In this document: positions 1 through 12,811 of the stretch, one piece after another
Numbering within the stretch: the first letter of the stretch is position 1
Layout of the letters: each line of letters begins with the position of its first letter
Assembly: GCF_001194135.2 (NCBI RefSeq)
Contig: NC_068982.1
Location: 23,510,251-23,560,172, forward strand
Length of the DNA stretch: 49,922 nt
Reading direction: 5' to 3'
DNA from: Octopus bimaculoides
Lineage: Eukaryota
Position numbers and translations under genes: made by a program
The notes under the pieces: model-generated
Database searches by the model: none
What the model was told of the DNA's origin: nothing
What the model saw: the letters and a program-made list of their open reading frames with translations, nothing else

Positions 1-310
1 ATCTCAGGCATGTCGGTCCGGTGTGTCTTGAACCGTGTCTGTAAAGCTTATCCCGAACGGGTAATGCTTCTCGATAGCACTGCCAGGCCAGGGATCTCTG
101 GTGGTCGTCCATAGGTCCCGGCCCGAAAGTTGTCCTGAACAGGCGGGTCAGGTGTTCCTCGTCGACGCCCAGATTCTGCCCGATATCGTCGTCGCACCTC
201 CCCTCCACTAATCCTCTATAGAACGCTTTTGTGGAATCAAAGTTGCACAAGATTGGTCCCGGACGGCAGAGTTGCTTGAGAGCAACGCGACACTCGCGGT
301 GCCAGGTCGG
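1..310 (-). mobile_element. Tx1/L1-clade non-LTR retrotransposon, C-terminal part of ORF2 (zf-RVT-type region), 5'-truncated, continues off the window start
   Basis: Reverse frame from 310 is open for 103 codons: PTWHRECRVALKQLCRPGP...RSLAWQCYREALPVRDKLYRHGSRHTGPTCLR. The 'AW...ALP.RD.L..HG....C' pattern is the zinc-binding region after the RT of L1/Tx1 ORF2. GC content drops abruptly at 310, into (TAGA)n. Confidence 0.85.
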
Positions 311-1188
311 TAGATAGGTAAATAGATAGATAGATACATTTCTATGTACGTGTTTGTATATATATGTGCATATATATACATCTCTATATACAAATATATA
401 CACACATGCATGAGTATGTGTGTATCAATGTATGTGCATCTTAAAGCATTCGGCTTTATAATATATTTTAAATTCAAAGTAATCTTAAGCGACAAATAGT
501 TTAATCAATATATTGCAATTATGTAGTATCTCATCGTAAACTTACATAGAATTGCATCCAAATCTGTTTGGAATTGAAATAACTGATTAAATATATTAAA
601 TCATTAGGATACCGGAAATTTGTGTATTGATATATTTAAGAATGTAACGTAATAATATAAGAAGAAAAAGACACTGGAAATATAATCTAATCCGGTAGGA
701 AATAAATGCTTTATCAACCACATAACAGGGAATTAAAATAATATAGTCTCCAGCCAAATAATTTTAAAGATGTGTATTGAATTATTCGCTTCAATGCTTG
801 TCATCATCGTATGAAATTCAATTTGGATACAACCGGAATATAAATTATAGAGGCGGATATATATTTCTCCGGCAATTATATAACTGATTATGTTATAGGA
901 ATTTTTTGTTGGGGCGTAATCTCGTGTATATGAAATTTCCAGCACAGCTGAAGGCAAACATTTCATTTACAAGCTCATTGCCGTTTAATAAAGAAAGTGT
1001 TTTAGTCCTTCTGGCTACTTACATTTCAGAAGATAAAATGTAGATGCATATGAGAAAATAATCAAACATGGAAACTTCAGCGTAGGGGAAAATGCAACAC
1101 AGAGGAAAAAAAAGAGTTTGAAGTTTATATTCATACACGCATATTTTATTCCATTATACCGCCTCGCACGCACGCACGCACACACACG

Positions 1189-1236
<48 letters not shown>

Positions 1237-1312
1237 NNNNNNNNNNNNNNNNNNNNNNNNNNNNNNNNNNNNNNNNNNNNNNNNNNNNNNNNNNNNNNNN
1301 NNNNNNNNNNNN

Positions 1313-1395
<83 letters not shown>

Positions 1396-3366
1396 GCAGT
1401 CTGTATATATAGGGTAGAGGAGAGACACATTTCTAATAAATTATCTCGGGTGGATATGAACTTTGGACACATATCAAAACGTATTCTCAAATACACCGAA
1501 ACAAAGCAAGTTATTGAGAACTTACGTAGTCATAGATGAATACATACATGCTTATATATGTATTTACACGTGTGTATGTTCGTGTGTATGTGCGAGGTAG
1601 AGAATGAGAGAGGGAGAGAGAGAGAGAGATTTCGTGTGTGTGTGTTTGTGTGAGTGTGTCTTTGTATTTGTATGTGAATGTGTGTGTGCGTGTGCATTTG
1701 AAAGTCTAGTAGTAAAGACTTAAATCACTTTTTGGCACTCGCAATTAAAATAATTTAGACGTCGAAACTCGCTTAGAACAATACTGTATATTGCATAAAT
1801 TTAATTAAAAAATATCGTTTCGAGAAATTTACAAGCTATTCATTCAATGAGATCACATCAAGCAAATAACCTATTTGTTTTATTTGATACAATTTATAAA
1901 ACAATACATGAAGGTTATTTCGAAATATATTCATCAGAATATGGTTGTTACAGAATATTTATATATANNNNNNNNNNNNNNNNNNNNNNNNNNNNNNNNN
2001 NNNNNNNNNNNNNNNNNNNNNNNNNNNNNNNNNNNNNNNNNNNNNNNNNNNNNNNNNNNNNNNNNNNNNNNNNNNNNNNNNNNNNNNNNNNNNNNNNNNN
2101 NNNNNNNNNNNNNNNNNNNNNNNNNNNNNNNNNNNNNNNNNNNNNNNNNNNNNNNNNNNNNNNNNNNNNNNNNNNNNNNNNNNNNNNNNNNNNNNNNNNA
2201 TATATATATATATATATATAATTACAATAACTTTTGAAGACGCATATCATGCATAGATAATGCGATATGAAAAATAGAAGGGCGGGGAATAATTAAAGCT
2301 CTAGGTGAATAATTAAATGGGGTAAGAAAAGAATTTTTGAATAAAGCCCAATGGAGGAAAAGATACGGATGGTGTGCAAACTATTAAATGCCTGAAAACA
2401 CGAGTCAAATAACGTTGAAATAAATTTTCATATAAGGAAAGTAGAAGGTAAAAGATTAAGTTTTAGCCAATCAAAAATAATAGTAAGCAATGTTACGCAA
2501 AATTCTTTTCTCAGCCTGTGGCTCTGAAGCAAGCGTTAAATAGATAACATACTTCTTATCTTAGTGATAAACTTCTAGGCTTGTAGAAAGCATAAGATTT
2601 GAAGCCCTGCTATTACACGTAAAAATTCTTTCGTTGTGTTTATATAGGAAATTGCCTTTAGCAAATAGGATATTTAAGCTCCTCCACAAATTTCAAATTC
2701 GCTTTTCTTTCGACTAGAATTTATCTCTGGTACCATTTACTATATGAGTATGTCGAGTCTTTCTACCTTAACTTATAAATGAAAAACGTGAGTAAGATGC
2801 CGCACGTTGCTTTTTGGAATAGGAAACGGCGTTGGTTGAACAAAAAAAAAAAAAAATGAAAACNNNNNNNNNNGGTTGAACAAAAAAAAAAAAAAATGAA
2901 AACGACGTAGAAATACAATACATCAGGAAGCCTAAATGTTACATCCAGAAATTCTGATGGTTACTATAAATAATGACACAACATTCGTATCCTTTGAATA
3001 ATTGATGTATTTCGTTGTATTCTGTTAGTCACATGCAGATTACAGTTATTCAGCAACAGCTACCACGTTATATTGTTCCTTTTAAGTGCAGGCATTTAGA
3101 TATATGCCTGTGATGTAATAAAGAACCGCCAATGCAATCTGGTGCTGGATACTAACGTGAATCAAGCATATTTTGCAGAAAATTTTATCAATCAAACATC
3201 TCATTGCACTAAAAGCACGCATAAGTGATCGTGTGTGGTGTTCTACCCGTTGATTTGGTCCTGCGTGCGGGAAAGTTCATGACCGTACTGAGAAGATGGG
3301 GAAATATAGGAGTGCAGTAATTTTTAATATTCGATATGTATATATGTATGTATATATATGTGTGTC

Positions 3367-3426
<60 letters not shown>

Positions 3427-3429
3427 ATG

Positions 3430-4020
3430 AGTTACGCTATACTTTTGCAACGCGCAAATTATGTTCTTATACAAGAATATGGTTGATACTGATTTTGCGG
3501 CTTCGGTCAGCTAAACCATCGTCCGACGCAATACATACATTTATTCTCTGCGTGCGATTAGACTCGGATCCGATGGCACACCGTAGTGGATGAATAGTTG
3601 AATGACCAAATCCAAGCTTCTGAACAGTTAAGATGTGACTTTGTTCCACGAGAGTTTGCAGGACGTCCTCGTCGAGCTCTACAGACTTTGCAGGACGAGG
3701 CTCGTCTTCTAGGCTGTAGTTTCCGGCTCGGATTTCTGGAACCACCGTTGACACTGGCTTACGCCTATTATCCGATACCCATATACTGCATTAACATTCC
3801 TCGCACTTTCCGATGCGTTGTTGCCTTGATTGAACTCATACAGCAACATATGTCGAATATGCTCCTTTGCCAAAAAAAAAAACAAAAAAAAGTGTTAAAT
3901 TCGAATTGCACTCTTCAAACTTGCACTAAGAATATGGTCAAGGTAAAATTACTACCCGCTTTTATATCAAGTTGATGCAGTTAGTTTATCATGTCCTCCG
4001 ACTTCAGTTCATGCAATTGA
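3430..4020 (-). mobile_element. mariner (Tc1/mariner) transposon remnant: 5' region and N-terminal half of the transposase, frameshifted
   Basis: Minus-strand translation across shifts: KEHIRHMLLYEFNQGNNASESARNVNAVYG...CQRWFQK/RAGNYSLEDEPRP...ELDEDVLQTLVEQ...KLGFGHSTIH...SESNRTQRINVC...LYKNI. These are the typical mariner HTH and linker motifs. Cut by a microsatellite at about 3420 and by a gap at 4021. Confidence 0.9.
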
Positions 4021-7000
4021 NNNNNNNNNNNNNNNNNNNNNNNNNNNNNNNNNNNNNNNNNNNNNNNNNNNNNNNNNNNNNNNNNNNNNNNNNNNNNNNN
4101 NNNNNNNNNNNNNNNNNNNNNNNNNNNNNNNNNNNNNNNNNNNNNNNNNNNNNNNNNNNNNNNNNNNNNNNNNNNNNNNNNNNNNNNNNNNNNNNNNNNN
4201 NNNNNNNNNNNNNNNNNNNNNNNNNNNNNNNNNNNNNNNNNNNNNNNNNNNNNNNNNNNNNNNNNNNNNNNNNNNNNNNNNNNNNNNNNNTATATAAGGG
4301 AGGAGAGAGAGAGAGTGCGTGATAAAATATACATATATAGATACAGGATGTTTGTTTTTCACTAGCTTTAATAAATAATCATCAAACATTGCCTTGAAGG
4401 ATCACTCCATATTTTCATTTCAGTGATATATGTATGATATAGCTGCAGCTAAATACATACAAGTTTCAGCAAGGGAGCCCAAGAATACACACAGAGGCGC
4501 AAACAAATATACATACGTATATGTGTATACATTCGCAGAGACAGCGAACATAAGGCTGCTGTCATAAATTGTTATGAGCACAAGCATGATGAGTGCAAGA
4601 CAACCAAATACAGGGACATTTAGCTTGCTCAATGAAAATATCTCAGTGTAACACTTATACAGGTTATTGAAATATAACGATTCGTTAAGTAATTAGGAAA
4701 GCGAAATATCCTCTAATGAGGTGTTTTATTGCTAAAATCAAGTGTCAAGGGAGCTAAGTGATTTAAACTTTTGTATTTAGGGTCAGTAGCACGAACGTAA
4801 AACAATTTTATTTTAATCTCTGAAAATGTTGTTTTAAATACTGTCAAACTCAGTGAATTCTAAACGCCAATTGAAGATTGTGTGAAACGTTGTTTTCTCT
4901 CTTTCAGTATTTAGAATGCAAATCTGTGACAACGTATTTTCGAATTGTTTTTGCTTGCTTCTTTATTGTTCGCATTATAATTGCACGTGTCAAAACCATT
5001 GCTTCATTTATGGTGATTCGACGCATTTTAATCTGCAACTATCAGACACAATGTGTCTCATTCATTTACAACTTACTCTATTTATATGTTACATTTAGTT
5101 ATGTTTTGTTTGCTATCTTCTACTTATCTTCATATTTTCGGCACTCAACCACCCTTTGAATCTCTTCATCTTACAATCATCATTTAACATTGTTTTTAAT
5201 GAATTTTCATTAATGCTTGTATTCTGGAACGCATGTATTTTCTACGATTCCTGCAGTTTGTATTTTATATATAAAAATATGCTTATGAATACATGTGTCA
5301 CAGTTGCTCAGTTGTCATGCAAGACATAAAATATATCCGTTTCTGGCTGAAATATCAAACTAGCAAGCACTGGATTAAATTCACGCCCTCTAAGCTACTT
5401 TATAAAATAAAGATAAACTAATCCGTCAATTATTGTATGTACATTAATTGACACTTTCTCTTTTTCTATATAGATAAATGATAGTATATCGACGTCCTTA
5501 CAGAGAGGATGGAACACGCATTACAATGAATAACTTTCATATCTTTCCTGGATGTATTAATAAAACAGTAACAATGAAGGGCAACTCCACTTTTGATGCT
5601 AAGGCTACGTTTAATCTTTTGTCACTTTCCTAATTATATAACCGCATCTACTTAAGCTAAAAATGCTGACAAGTACAGAAATAAATTAGATACATTTGGA
5701 AATATTGAAAAGATATACAGATAAGATATCGGAATGCTAACGAAATAATTGAAACTCCTATACTTTGTCCATCCTTGCTCAGTACAGTATTTTGTATTGT
5801 ATGAGGCCCTAATCATAATCGGTAAACTTAAGATTGAACTAACTACAATAATTAGTTAGATAGCAGAGATATATAATACTATCTTAGTGATTTATTATTG
5901 GCCACTATTGTATCCATGCAGTCTAGAGATAACACTTTAAAATGGATGGACTTTATGAAAATTACTTTATCAAAATGCACAATATAAAACATGTTAGTGT
6001 TATGCAAGCATCGAAACAACATATGCAACATGTGATTTCTAATCCTGTACGAGCATTCTAATATTAGGCCAATACATCAGCACATACATTTTTAGAGGAA
6101 CGTCATCAGCCTATTCATGTGGCGAATGCTTGATTGTTCCTATTAGAAATGTAAGTTAAGTAGCATTGTGTAACTAATCTGGTTTGTATGAATATAATTT
6201 TGAATGGTAGAAAGTATGTTCTACGTGTAGATTAAATTTGTTTAAACAGAAGTAGCATAATGCGAATATTAGCAATGAATAGAAGCAATGTAGAAAGAAA
6301 ACAACAAAATGATTAAATGGTGTTATCAGGAAAGATTACTTGTGATTTAATAAAGCAGATTAGTTCAAGAATATGAGATTAGCTGTAGTTTAGTGGTGTG
6401 TTTTATATACTATCGTACTACGAAAATAGAGAACCTGCACGCCTTTTATCAAGTGTTTATATTTTTGTAATGGTAAACGGTTAAATAAATTGTCTGGAAA
6501 TAAATTTTCAGAGAGATAATATACACTACGAATGCAGAAGAAATTTACAGTGAGAATAATCAGGTAAAACAGAAAAATTTAGATAACAATATCATTTATT
6601 TCTAGCATCATCCCTATACGCATTAGAAACATGAACGTTTTCTTCTTAATGCAAGACCACGAATGAAATATAAAGTGTCCCGACAAATGACTACATCTAT
6701 TTTTCATAAGACACGTTATACATTTTAGGTTCATAACCTCAATAGGTGCAGTCACAACTAATTTGATATATATTTCTTTGGAATAAATAATTGATTGCCT
6801 TACATCAATTTTCAATTTTAAATTGCCATGTCTATGTCACCAATACTATTTCATTACGTGCAACACAATATTCAGATAACAACCAATATCACCCTTCTTT
6901 AATATGTATTTATTAGTTTTTTTGCACGTGAAATACATTTCAAATACATTCTTTTCATAGTAAAACAATGTCGCTGTCATTTCGACCGACAGTTGTATGC

Positions 7001-7267
7001 TAAGCGTATTACAAATAAGCGAAATATTGCTTAATATAAAAGCAAAATTGCGTTTCAGCGCAACAGCTATCGACCTAAAGATATAAAACCAATTGAGATT
7101 GGGATCGCTTTAGGTTCAATCATTGTTCAGAAAATAATTTATACGCTTTCATTCATATATTTTATTGAAGGAAATTGTCAACATGTAAATATTTCCCCAA
7201 TAAATAAACGGGCACAATATTCGCAAACTTGCAGGAATAATATTGCATATTTCATACACTTAGAACT

Positions 7268-7294
7268 ACATACATACATACATACATGCATACA

Positions 7295-7328
<34 letters not shown>

Positions 7329-7344
7329 CATACATACATGCATA

Positions 7345-7410
<66 letters not shown>

Positions 7411-7832
7411 NNNNNNNNNNNNNNNNNNNNNNNNNNNNNNNNNNNNNNNNNNNNNNNNNNNNNNNNNNNNNNNNNNNNNNNNNNNNNNNNNNNNNNNNNN
7501 NNNNNNNNNNNNNNNNNNNNNNNNNNNNNNNNNNNNNNNNNNNNNNNNNNNNNNNNNNNNNNNNNNNNNNNNNNNNNNNNNNNNNNNNNNNNNNNNNNNN
7601 NNNNNNNNNNNNNNNNNNNNNNNNNNNNNNNNNNNNNNNNNNNNNNNNNNNNNNNNNNNNNNNNNNNNNNNNNNNNNNNNNNNNNNNNNNNNNNNNNNNN
7701 NNNNNNNNNNNNNNNNNNNNNNNNNNNNNNNNNNNNNNNNNNNNNNNNNNNNNNNNNNNNNNNNNNNNNNNNNNNNNNNNNNNNNNNNNNNNNNNNNNNN
7801 NNNNNNNNNNNNNNNNNNNNNNNNNNNNNNNN

Positions 7833-7914
<82 letters not shown>

Positions 7915-7915
7915 G
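7268..7915. repeat. compound microsatellite (TACA)n-(TCTA)n-(TA)n, assembly gap, then (AC)n-(AT)n
   Basis: Read directly from the sequence. Confidence 0.95.
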
Positions 7916-8174
7916 TATTTTTCACTGTGGAGTGGTAGAGGAGCTTAGATCGGTAATATGAACATCATATAACAAAGGAAAAGAAAGATTATATAATAAA
8001 CATGATCTAACAGCCGTTTCTGCTACAGATGCAGTGGACTTACAGTTCAGTGCCAGAATAATATACTGCAGCTACATGTGACACTCGAATATAAAATGTA
8101 ATTTAGCTGGGAAAAAGAATAGAATTTCTACACATAAACAGAGTTACGAGTGAGAAAATTTATACACATTTCTA

Positions 8175-8300
8175 CGTATGCATCTATGTATGTATGTATG
8201 TATGTATGTATGTATGTATGTATGTATGTAGGTATGTATGTATGTATGTACGTATGTATGCATCTATGCATGTATGTATGTAAGCATCTATCTATCTATC
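8175..8300. repeat. (TATG)n/(TCTA)n microsatellite
   Basis: Read directly from the sequence. Confidence 0.9.
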
Positions 8301-8330
8301 AATATACAATTATAAACAGGCATACATGCA

Positions 8331-8490
8331 TATAGGGAGAATTCAAAAAAAAAAAGACGAAGACAGGTGGTTTAGAAAACAAACAGATGTATTAGTATAA
8401 CGCTTGGGAAATGAAAAAAGTCTTTAGCGTTTCGAGCCTACGCTCTTCCACAGAAACGAATATGGAAAGAAACAAGGAGAGACAAAATAT
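8331..8490 (-). mobile_element. interspersed repeat, probably a Penelope-like element terminal (pseudo-LTR) fragment
   Basis: Its distal ~100 bp is repeated in the opposite orientation at 49764-49868 (shared cgttatactaatacatctgtttgttttcta...ccacctgtc). It contains CTG.GGA-A-GAGC-GTAG-GCTC-GAAACG, the layout seen at Penelope termini. The Penelope assignment is inference. Confidence 0.55.
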
Positions 8491-8520
8491 ATACCGTGTG
8501 CTGAGAAATAGCGTGCATCA

Positions 8521-8950
8521 AAAGGCGAACTGGCAGAAGCGTTAGCACGCCGGGCTAAATGCTTAGCGGCATTTCATCCGCCGTTACGTTCTGAGTTCAA
8601 ATTCCGCCGAGGTCGACTTTGCCTTTCATCCTTTCGGGGTCGATTAAATAAGTACCAGTTACGCAATGTGGTCGATATAATCGACTTAATCCGTTCGTCT
8701 GTCATTGTTTGTCCCCTCTCTGTGTAGCCCCTTGTGGGCAGTAAAGAAATAAGAAACGTTAGCACGCCGGACGAAATCCTTAGTGGTGTTTCGTCTGTCT
8801 TTACGTTCCAAGTGCAAATTCCGCCGAGGACGACTTTGACTTTCATCTTTTCGGAATCGATAAATTAAGTACCAGTTGCGCACTGGGGTCGATCTGATTG
8901 ACTGGCCCTCTTCCTACAACATTTCGGGCTTTGTGCCTAGAGTAGATAAA
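8521..8950 (+). mobile_element. head-to-tail dimeric tRNA-derived SINE (monomers about 8521-8753 and 8754-8950) with one 15-bp TSD
   Basis: Pol III A-box-like tggcagaagcgtta and B-box gagttcaaattcc. Both monomers share the central block ccgccgagg.cgactttg.ctttcatc.tttcgg..tcgat.aa..aagtaccagtt. Flanks are aaatagcgtgcatca (8506-8520) and aaatagcgtgtatca (8951-8965). Confidence 0.9.
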
Positions 8951-10707
8951 AAATAGCGTGTATCAGCCCACAGCGCCGCCTACCAGTGACAATTCGAAGT
9001 GAGTAGCTTGCTCCCCAGTTCGAACGTGGTTCAATCGTTTTCGGACTGATAATAAAATTACAATTTTACTTATCACTGCTTAGTACCCCCCTCCACCTGT
9101 AATACCACATTGCAATTGTATATTTAGCTTGGTATGGTTGCGTTCGAACACTCATCACTGCATTAAACTGTCAAAACGTTGTTAATCTCATCCTCAGAAA
9201 GGAGTGGTGATGAAAATTGTATGATCTTTACTCACTTTGCAGTAAATCGCACAACATTATGAGAATACCTTTGTAACAAGTAGTACTGTAAATGCCGCGT
9301 TTAGGAAGCACATAACTGGTCTCATATTAGATATGATTTATTTTATGTGAGATATATCAGCGTTTAGAAGGTTGAATATTTTTATTTTGCAATTAGCAAA
9401 GCCTCCGTATTTATTCTTCTGACATTCCAGGGGAAGTCTATACCGTATGATATTTTTTGTCTTATTTTCTCTTCTTTGCCAAAATGTTCACAGGCGTTTT
9501 GTGACCTACCGCAAAACACGCAAAGTGCCTGGCATCATTACCATCACGTTATTCAAATGAGAAGACATTCAGAATTTAAAACGTTAATAGAGTAATCGAT
9601 TTAGGATTAATTTATTTTATAGTCCCTTATGTTCCAAAATTAACATAAAGGACTATTAAGGAAGTATGAAACGTACTGAATAAAAGAGCCGACATCAAAA
9701 TAGTCACGTTTTTAATATAAAATCTTCGAAAGAAAACGACATCCCTCTTTGCACATTCATATACACGCACGCAATACACTGAAACAGATGAAAAATATAT
9801 ATTACGCACATGCACACACTCATACATACATACATAAATACATATATACATACAAACATATACATACATATATTCATATATATATATATATANNNNNNNN
9901 NNNNNNNNNNNNNNNNNNNNNNNNNNNNNNNNNNNNNNNNNNNNNNNNNNNNNNNNNNNNNNNNNNNNNNNNNNNNNNNNNNNNNNNNNNNNNNNNNNNN
10001 NNNNNNNNNNNNNNNNNNNNNNNNNNNNNNNNNNNNNNNNNNNNNNNNNNNNNNNNNNNNNNNNNNNNNNNNNNNNNNNNNNNNNNNNNNNNNNNNNNNN
10101 NNNNNNNNNNNNNNNNNNNNNNNNNNNNNNNNNNNNNNNNNNNNNNNNNNNNNNNNNNNNNNNNNNNNNNNNNNNNNNNNNNNNNNNNNNNNNNNNNNNN
10201 NNNNNNNNNNNNNNNNNNNNNNNNNNNNNNNNNNNNNNNNNNNNNNNNNNNNNNNNNNNNNNNNNNNNNNNNNNNNNNNNNNNNNNNNNNNNNNNNNNNN
10301 NNNNNNNNNNNNNNNNNNNNNNNNNNNNNNNNNNNNNNNNNNNNNNNNNNNNNNNNNNNNNNNNNNNNNNNNNNNNNNNNNNNNNNNNNNNNNNNNNNNN
10401 NNNNNNNNNNNNNNNNNNNNNNNNNNNNNNNNNNNNNNNNNNNNNNNNNNNNNNNNNNNNNNNNNNNNNNNNNNNNNNNNNNNNNNNNNNNNNNNNNNNN
10501 NNNNNNNNNNNNNNNNNGAAGTTAGTAGTAGCAGAGGCCAGAAGTTAGTAGTAGTCTTTTAAAATTATTTATTCGCATGCGACAGAAGCCCGAACGCAAA
10601 CCTGGAAGTACGTATAATGCTTCTGGTGGATAGCACAGGGTGAAATCTAGAGTAGGGCGTGCTTTATACTGTACTCTACAACGTTCTAAAACAGAATGTA
10701 CCATAAC

Positions 10708-10754
<47 letters not shown>

Positions 10755-11034
10755 GTGTGTATGTGTGTGTGTTCGTGTGTGCGTGTGAGTGTATGTGTAT
10801 GTGTGATGTGTGTAAATATATATGGCTGTGTGTGTGTAGATGCATGTATGTATTATTCATATGCATCTATCATTTAAGGTACACGTACAGATACGTGTAT
10901 ATTAAATGACATTTATCTCTCGTTGGAGGGAATAATTTTCTTGGAGATATTACTTTGACGGACCTGTAAACTATATATATATATATATACCCACATACCT
11001 GCGCCAACATTCACTCGTACTTATATGTTTTATC

Positions 11035-11250
11035 TTTATTCTTTACTTATTTCAATAATTAGAATGCCACCATCCTCCGGTACCGCTTTCAACAGTTTTA
11101 GTCGGAAAAAATTGACTTCAGTACTTATTACTTAGACCTTGTAATTATTCTTCAATCTTTTGTCTGAACGGTTATTTAAGGGGTGGTATACAAACTACCA
11201 CCAGTTGTCAAGCGTTGGTTGGGGACAAACACGTACGGCAAAAAACACAC
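11035..11250 (-). mobile_element. degenerate 3' half of a CORE-type (OR-like) SINE
   Basis: ggttgtcaagcg..ggggacaaacac is the reverse complement of the gtgtttgtcccc..cgcttgacaacc segment of the SINE at 49344. A degenerate tail lies at 11035-11100. Confidence 0.65.
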
Positions 11251-11304
11251 TCATGTGTACAGAAATAGAGAAAGAAATGCAGACAGATAAACAGCTACAA
11301 GAAT

Positions 11305-11432
11305 AGACACACTTACAGAATAAGTAGCAGGCCTTTAAAAAAAAGGAGACGAACTGTTTCGCTCGTCTAAAATCCTTCGAACTGATGACCAAGTATGGTG
11401 GCAATATAGTGACTGAAACAAGAAAAGAGATT
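11305..11432 (+). mobile_element. degenerate 3' tail of a CORE-type (OR-like) SINE
   Basis: agaataagtagcaggcc...ctaaaatccttc...gtatggtggc...tgactgaaacaagaaaagag resembles the tail of this SINE family as I recall it. Confidence 0.55.
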
Positions 11433-11614
11433 CAATAAATTTAAAATTTAAAAGGTAGAAATATAGAGGAAGAAGGATAGAATACCTTGTATACGTACAT
11501 ATATTCCTTCCTATATAATTAAATGCCTATATTTGAATATACATATATATATATATATATATGTGTGTGTGTTTGTGTGTATGTAAATTATATGCCTGTC
11601 TTTCNNNNNNNNNN

Positions 11615-11694
<80 letters not shown>

Positions 11695-12540
11695 ACTGGG
11701 AAACTGTAGTAAATATTGCAGATCATTAATCAGAATGTGTAGCGTATTTGTGAAAGCAGTGAATAAGAGTTGTCGATCCGAAGTCTATCAATTTTACCAG
11801 GTCGAATGAAATCCGAAATTTTGAGATCCTTAGTAATTTAGTACGTGATTGTTACGACATTCTGTCATATTTCCCTGCGGATTTCCAGGCAATCCCATTC
11901 TGAAAGAAGAAGGAATTTCATCGCTTGCGCTTTTTATAACTCTCCGTTTGGGGGACGTGTTGCGCAGATTAGTCTCTTTGGATCCTATTTATAAAATCTC
12001 CAATGAATAAAGTAAAGGATGCATTATATTTCCACATGCTCATTCTCTATACATAGACAGTCTCAGCTCGTAGATAATCATATTCATAAACACGTAGAGA
12101 GTACACATTATATACTGAGAATGAATTAAGAATTAGATATTCACGTTAGTACTCTTCAAATTTTCAGAGATGAAATTGGATTCAGACTGCTAAATAATAA
12201 TTCGTCAATTGAGAAAAGCATGTGTTCACCACGTTCAGTCCGGTCAGTTGATCGAACAATTAGTAGACCAAACACAAACAGAATTAATGCCGGTTGGACA
12301 ATTATCTTATGAGGGATAATAACTTCGCCCATACATGAGACACTCAAGGGAGAGAACTAGAGACACGTTTGAATCGCCAATCCTGAGATTTTGGCTCCCC
12401 TGGGATTCTGCCAATACCGAAAGCTAGAGAAAATTACTGATTTCATTTTAAGTAAAATAACTGTTATAACGTTTGAAGCATTCATTTCGAACAAACTTGT
12501 AATTCACCATCCTTTGAAGTACAGAATGTCTTTTCGGAAT

Positions 12541-12544
<4 letters not shown>

Positions 12545-12614
<70 letters not shown>

Positions 12615-12777
12615 ATGCATAAATACGTACATATACACACATTCAGCCATACATACACACATACACACGCACACGCATGCTTAAATACGTACATATACAC
12701 TTATTCATTCATACATACACACACACACACACACGCATGCTTAAATACGTACATATGCACACATTCATTCATACGTA

Positions 12778-12810
<33 letters not shown>
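12545..12810. repeat. (CA)n array containing three ~60-bp minisatellite units
   Basis: Core gcatgcttaaatacgtacatat.cac..attcattcatac recurs three times (about 12612, 12672, 12732), separated by CA-rich spacers. The first copy is the most diverged. Confidence 0.85.

Positions 12811-12811
<1 letters not shown>

Noticed and set aside
1167-1396. (CA)n and (TG)n facing each other across a gap, suggesting a large fold-back
   Set aside because: The junction lies inside 76 N, so it cannot be distinguished from a scaffolding artefact.
2834-2903. Exact 30-bp direct repeat either side of a 10-N gap
   Set aside because: This is the typical unmerged contig overlap at a minimum-size gap, so it is an assembly artefact.
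6096-6150. AG...GTAAGT-bounded 55-nt segment (GTSSAYSCGECLIVPIRN)
   Set aside because: No recognisable homology or compatible neighbour. Similar splice-like pairs (16339-16376, 19550-19584) are expected by chance.
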